Notes under the pieces: generated by a model
Seen by the model: only the letters and a program-made list of their open reading frames with translations
Database searches by the model: none
What the model was told of the DNA's origin: nothing
In this document: piece by piece, positions 59,970 through 64,000 of the stretch
Numbering within the stretch: position 1 is the first letter of the stretch
How the letters are laid out: the number at the start of each line of letters is the position of its first letter
Position numbers and translations under genes: made by a program
DNA from: Longimicrobiales bacterium
GTDB lineage: Bacteria > Gemmatimonadota > Gemmatimonadetes > Longimicrobiales > Gaopeijiaceae
NCBI GenBank assembly: GCA_965204735.1
Contig: OZ242008.1
Span: forward strand, 2,400,001-2,464,000
DNA: 64,000 nt
Direction: 5' to 3'

Positions 59970-60560
59970 TCATCGGTTGAAGCGGTTCATGGCGGCGTCC
60001 ACGCCCTCTTCCGCCCAGACGCCCACCGCCTTGCTCAGCTCGGGGAGGAGCTCCACCACCGCCTCCTCGTCCTCCTCGGGCATCGGCGACAGGACCCAGT
60101 CGGCCATCTCCGCGCCCGCCGGCGCCACGCCCACGCCGATCCGAAGCCTGGCGTACTCCCGAGTGCCCAGCGCCGCCTGGACGGACTTGAGGCCGTTGTG
60201 CCCTCCTGCTCCGCCGCTGCGCCGGAAGCGCACCTTGCCCACGGGGAGGGCCGCGTCGTCGGCCACCACCAGCAGGTCGCGCGCCGGCTCGAACCCCTCG
60301 GTCTGCCGGAGCGCGACGAGCGCCGTGCCGCTGCGGTTCATGTAGGCGCGGGGCTTCAGGAGGCGGATCGGCCGTCCCCGGAGCTCTCCCGACGCCTCGA
60401 GCGCCCTCTTGCGCCGCTCGAAGGGGCCGATCCCGCTGTCGAAGGCGAAGCGGTCCACGACCCACCAGCCCACGTTGTGGCGGGTGGCGTCGTACTCGGG
60501 CCCCGGGTTTCCGAGGCCGGCGACGACCTTCGGAACGGGCGCGAGGCGGGACGGGTCCAC
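59970..60560 (-). CDS. pth: Peptidyl-tRNA hydrolase
   Basis: [37 protein letters not shown]. Confidence 0.97.
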   Translation of the reverse strand: MDPSRLAPVPKVVAGLGNPGPEYDATRHNVGWWVVDRFAFDSGIGPFERRKRALEASGELRGRPIRLLKPRAYMNRSGTALVALRQTEGFEPARDLLVVADDAALPVGKVRFRRSGGAGGHNGLKSVQAALGTREYARLRIGVGVAPAGAEMADWVLSPMPEEDEEAVVELLPELSKAVGVWAEEGVDAAMNRFNR

Positions 60561-60617
60561 TTTGCGTCTCCACTCTGCGTCTCTTGCGTCGGAACGGGCG
60601 TCGAGCCGGCCGCCCCG

Positions 60618-61259
60618 TCAGCTCTCGCCTTCCGCTTCCGCCTCGTCTTCGGAGGGCGCTCCTTCTTCGACGCCCTCCGCTTCCTCGTCCTCCTCTTCGG
60701 CGACGACGACGGGCGCGGCGATGCCGCAGATCACCAGTCCGGGATCGGCCAGGTTCTCCACCCCCTCGGGCAGGGTCAGGTCCCCGGCCCGCAGCACGTC
60801 GCCCACCGCGAAGGGCGTCACGTCCACTTCGATCGACTCGGGGATCTTGGAGGGCACGCACTTCACCGGAATGTCGTGGGTGACCTGGTCCAGCCTGCCT
60901 CCGTCGACGCGGACGCCGGCGGCCACGCCGGAAAGGTGCACGGGAACCTGCACTTCGATGGGCACGCCCCGCCGGATGCGAAGGAAGTCCACGTGGAGGA
61001 TGTCCTGACGGTAGGGGTGGGTCTGGACCTCGCGGACCAGCGCCCGCTCCGTCGAGTCGCCCAGGGAGAGGTGCAGGATCGTGTTCTCCACGGAGATCGA
61101 GTGGAAGACCCGCTGGGCTTCCGCGGCTTCCAGCGAGACCATGACCGGCGCCTCGCCTCCGCCGTAGACGATCCCAGGGATCCTGCCGGCCCGGCGGAGC
61201 TTGCGGGCGGTCCCCTTTCCGGCTTCGCCGCGGGGCTCGAGCTTGAGCGTTGCTTCCAT
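60618..61259 (-). CDS. rplY: 50S ribosomal protein L25/Ctc
   Basis: RKLRRAGRIPGIVYG, Q.HP...ILHVDF, acidic tail. Confidence 0.96.
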   Translation of the reverse strand: MEATLKLEPRGEAGKGTARKLRRAGRIPGIVYGGGEAPVMVSLEAAEAQRVFHSISVENTILHLSLGDSTERALVREVQTHPYRQDILHVDFLRIRRGVPIEVQVPVHLSGVAAGVRVDGGRLDQVTHDIPVKCVPSKIPESIEVDVTPFAVGDVLRAGDLTLPEGVENLADPGLVICGIAAPVVVAEEEDEEAEGVEEGAPSEDEAEAEGES

Positions 61260-61272
61260 GTGGGTTCCGGAT

Positions 61273-62262
61273 TCAGGCCAGCGCGACCTTGGGCAGGTCC
61301 TCGCGTTCCGTGTACTCGAAGAGCTCGCTGACCGATTCGTTGGAGTGGATCGACGCGATGGCCTGGGCCAGGAGGCCGGCCACCGAGAGCACCTTCATGC
61401 GGGGGAACTTCTTGGTGGGAGGAACGGCGATGGTGTCGGTGATCACCAGCTCCTCGATGGGGGCCGCCGAGAGCATCGCCGTCGCGTCGCCGGAGAGGAG
61501 GGGATGGGTGGCGACCACGTAGACGGGCCCGGCGCCCCGCTCCTTCAGGGCGCGGACGGCCTGCACGATCGTCCCCCCCGTGTCGATCATGTCGTCTGCG
61601 ACGAGGCAGCTCCGGCCCTCCACGTCGCCCACCACGTTCACGATCTCGGAGACGTTGGCCGCCGGCCGCCGCTTGTCGATGATGGCGAACGTTCCCTTGA
61701 GCCGCCGGGCGAAGCCCCGGGCCATCTTCGCCGAGCCCACGTCGGGGGCGACCACCACCGGGTCGGCCAAGCGCTTGCCGAGGAAGTAGCCGGTGAAGAC
61801 CGGCGCCGCGTACAGGTGGTCGACGGGGATGTCGAAGAACCCCTGGATCTGGTGCTGGTGGAAGTCGATGCTGACCACGCGGTCGGCCCCCGCGGCGGCG
61901 ATCAGGTTGGCCACCAGCTTGGCCCCGATGGCGACTCGGGACTGGTCCTTTCGGTCCTGTCGGCAGTAGCCGAAGTAGGGGACGACCGCCGACACCCGGG
62001 CCGCCGACGCCCTCTTGGCGGCGTCGATGAGCAGGAGCAGCTCCATGATGTTGTCGCCGTTGGCGGTCGTCGGCTGCACGATGAACACGTCCCTGCCCCG
62101 CGCGTTGCGGTCGATCCTCACGAAGATCTCGCCGTCGGCGAAGTTGTGTATCTTGGCCGCCCCGGTGGACGTGCCGAGCTTGGCGCCGATCGCCTGGGCC
62201 AGGGGGCGGTTGGCGCGCCCCGAAAGGAGGAGCAGCGGCCCGCGACTGTAGGTGTCGTCCAT
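61273..62262 (-). CDS. prs: Ribose-phosphate pyrophosphokinase
   Basis: FADGE, PYFGYCRQDRK, VAPDVG, DDMIDTGGT. Confidence 0.97.
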   Translation of the reverse strand: MDDTYSRGPLLLLSGRANRPLAQAIGAKLGTSTGAAKIHNFADGEIFVRIDRNARGRDVFIVQPTTANGDNIMELLLLIDAAKRASAARVSAVVPYFGYCRQDRKDQSRVAIGAKLVANLIAAAGADRVVSIDFHQHQIQGFFDIPVDHLYAAPVFTGYFLGKRLADPVVVAPDVGSAKMARGFARRLKGTFAIIDKRRPAANVSEIVNVVGDVEGRSCLVADDMIDTGGTIVQAVRALKERGAGPVYVVATHPLLSGDATAMLSAAPIEELVITDTIAVPPTKKFPRMKVLSVAGLLAQAIASIHSNESVSELFEYTEREDLPKVALA

Positions 62263-62278
62263 TTGGGGGTTGCCCCGA

Positions 62279-62318
62279 GGAAGGCGTCTTGGGAGGCGGG
62301 AAGGCGTCTTGGGAGGCG
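62279..62318. repeat. Perfect 20-bp tandem duplication upstream of prs
   Basis: ggaaggcgtcttgggaggcg x2. Confidence 0.95.
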
Positions 62319-62379
62319 AAGGCAAGCGGCGGCTACGCTTGACCACAGCCGCGTAACATAGGAACCGCTGGAAGGCGGG

Positions 62380-64000
62380 TCAACGGGGGCTGGGCGAGCG
62401 CGAAGGCCGGGATTCTGCGACCGTGAAGGCTCGCCTGCGGACCAGCGGCGCGCGGCCCGGGACGGACACTTCGACCGCCACCTGCCAAGCGCCGGGCTCC
62501 ACTCCCGGCAGACGGAGGCTGAAGGCGCGGAAGAGGGGGCCGGGCCGGCTAGGGCCCGCTTCCGTCCACTGGACGGCGACTTTCTCCGCGGGACCAGCCA
62601 GGCCGAGGCGGCGGGCCAGGCGGCGCAGGGCGCTGGGGTCGGGGTCCTCCACCCAGGCGCGAAACCCGACGGCTTCGGAACGGTAGCCGAGGCCGTAGAC
62701 CTCGATCGCCACGCCCAGGGCTTCGCTTCCGCCGGCTTCCGTGCCCAGGCGAAGGGACTCGACCATCTCCTGGAAGTTGGTGGGAAGGCCGGACGCCCTC
62801 GGCGCCCCCGCCCCGTCCACGGGCTCGGACGTCGACGAAGGCACGCCCTCCGAAGACGAGGCGGAGGCGGAAGGCGAGAGCCGACGGAGCGGTTCCAGGA
62901 GCATCAGGTCGGAGACGGCGAAGACGTCCGGCGGCACGGCGCCGAGGCTCATCCCGGCACGCAGCCGCTGGGCGCGGCGCCGGTCCCGATCCCAGATCTC
63001 CAGACTCGCGACTCCCCAGGCCGTCGGCGCGACCTTGCCGGCGACGCGAACAGCGCCGGTGGAGTCGGGGACGGCGCGGAGGTCGAGGGCCAAGCCGTCG
63101 CCGTCCGCCGGGCCGCCGCCTGCCAGAAAGAGGCCCGCGGTCGGGCGGCGCCGAGCTGGGCTGCCCCCGCCTGCGCCGGAGGGCTGCTCGCCGACGACGG
63201 GGACAGCGCCGGGGGCGGCGGAGCCGAGCGGCGGGTCGGGCCACTCGGGCACGGCGGCCGCGGCGACGATCAGGACGCCGTCTCGCCGCCAGAAGCGCCC
63301 GACCTGCCCGGCGAGGACGCCCAGCGAATCCAGGTACGGCGGCAGGTACGCCGTTCGGGCGTGGCCGCGCGGCGGCTCCCACGCGACCACGGCGTCGTCT
63401 TTCGACGGCCTCAGCACGTCGGCCGGCGGGAACGTCCGGTAGGCGGCGGGCGGGTCGCGACCCACCACCGGGACCGCGGCGCTGCCTCCTTGCGGCCATC
63501 CCTTCTCCCACGCGACGGACCAGCCGTAGCGCGCGGCGGCTTCGGTCAGGTCGTCGCCCCACTGCATTCCGTGGGGGTTGCGGGCGGCCTCGCTGCTCAT
63601 CGCGTACGTCCTGCGGGTCAGGTGGCCGGTCCAGCGGTCGTTGCCGGTCACCACGAAGAGGGGGTCCGCCAGGGTCCAGAGGCGAGCCACCGCGCGGGCC
63701 CAGTCGGGCTGGTCTTCGACCCACTCGCGAAGGGAACGGTCCAGCAGGGGCGTCGGGTCGGTCCACTCGGTCCTGAGATTGGTCGGCATCGCGGCCAGCG
63801 CCCGGTCGAAGGCGGCGGACGAGGAGGCGCGGCCCTGCAGGTGGAGGGCGAAGCCCAGGTAGGCGTCGCAACGCCAACGGTCGGGCGCTCGGCACGCTCT
63901 TGCCAGCGCCTCGGCGTCCTCGAGTCGCCCGGCTTCTGCCAAGTAGCGCATGCGCTGTCCGAGTATCCAGTGGTCGCCGGGGATGGATTCCGCCAGGTCG
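62380..64000 (-). CDS. Hypothetical protein, TPR-like N-terminal part (5' end beyond window)
   Basis: Open frame continues to the window edge (..PGDHWILGQRMRYL..); helical A/L/W-rich N-part, Ig-like C-part. Confidence 0.75.
   Translation of the reverse strand, partial: DLAESIPGDHWILGQRMRYLAEAGRLEDAEALARACRAPDRWRCDAYLGFALHLQGRASSSAAFDRALAAMPTNLRTEWTDPTPLLDRSLREWVEDQPDWARAVARLWTLADPLFVVTGNDRWTGHLTRRTYAMSSEAARNPHGMQWGDDLTEAAARYGWSVAWEKGWPQGGSAAVPVVGRDPPAAYRTFPPADVLRPSKDDAVVAWEPPRGHARTAYLPPYLDSLGVLAGQVGRFWRRDGVLIVAAAAVPEWPDPPLGSAAPGAVPVVGEQPSGAGGGSPARRRPTAGLFLAGGGPADGDGLALDLRAVPDSTGAVRVAGKVAPTAWGVASLEIWDRDRRRAQRLRAGMSLGAVPPDVFAVSDLMLLEPLRRLSPSASASSSEGVPSSTSEPVDGAGAPRASGLPTNFQEMVESLRLGTEAGGSEALGVAIEVYGLGYRSEAVGFRAWVEDPDPSALRRLARRLGLAGPAEKVAVQWTEAGPSRPGPLFRAFSLRLPGVEPGAWQVAVEVSVPGRAPLVRRRAFTVAESRPSRSPSPR
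62830..62887. repeat. 58-bp inverted copy of 60615-60672 (rplY 3' end)
   Basis: Manual alignment, 53/58 identical to the reverse complement. Confidence 0.92.

Overview
High-GC bacterial chromosome segment, mostly core genes on the minus strand: mlaE, lspA, ssrA, xerD, ispF, the fab/plsX/rpmF operon, ndk, sucCD, a cysteine desulfurase with mnmA, dnaJ-grpE, pgsA, recR-ybaB-dnaX, ffs, aroF, smc, rsfS-rplI-rpsF/R, hppA and pth-rplY-prs. Gene style and the tmRNA tag (ANNDLALAA) suggest Gemmatimonadota, possibly host-associated (inference, not tested). Accessory inserts are a ~13 kb giant autotransporter-like adhesin (24 Ig-like repeats plus cadherins) with a 22-nt homopolymer at its 5' end, an Rpn nuclease with an internal start, a TonB receptor/lipoprotein pair, and a complete IS1202-like element with a 17-bp target duplication. 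The strongest oddities are a single-ORF bS6-bS18 fusion, a 58-bp inverted copy of the rplY 3' end inside a neighbouring gene, an SRP RNA without the GNRA tetraloop, and many short tandem duplications. All calls come from reading sequence and motifs by eye; no searches were run. Start codons were refined by hand and may be off by a few codons.
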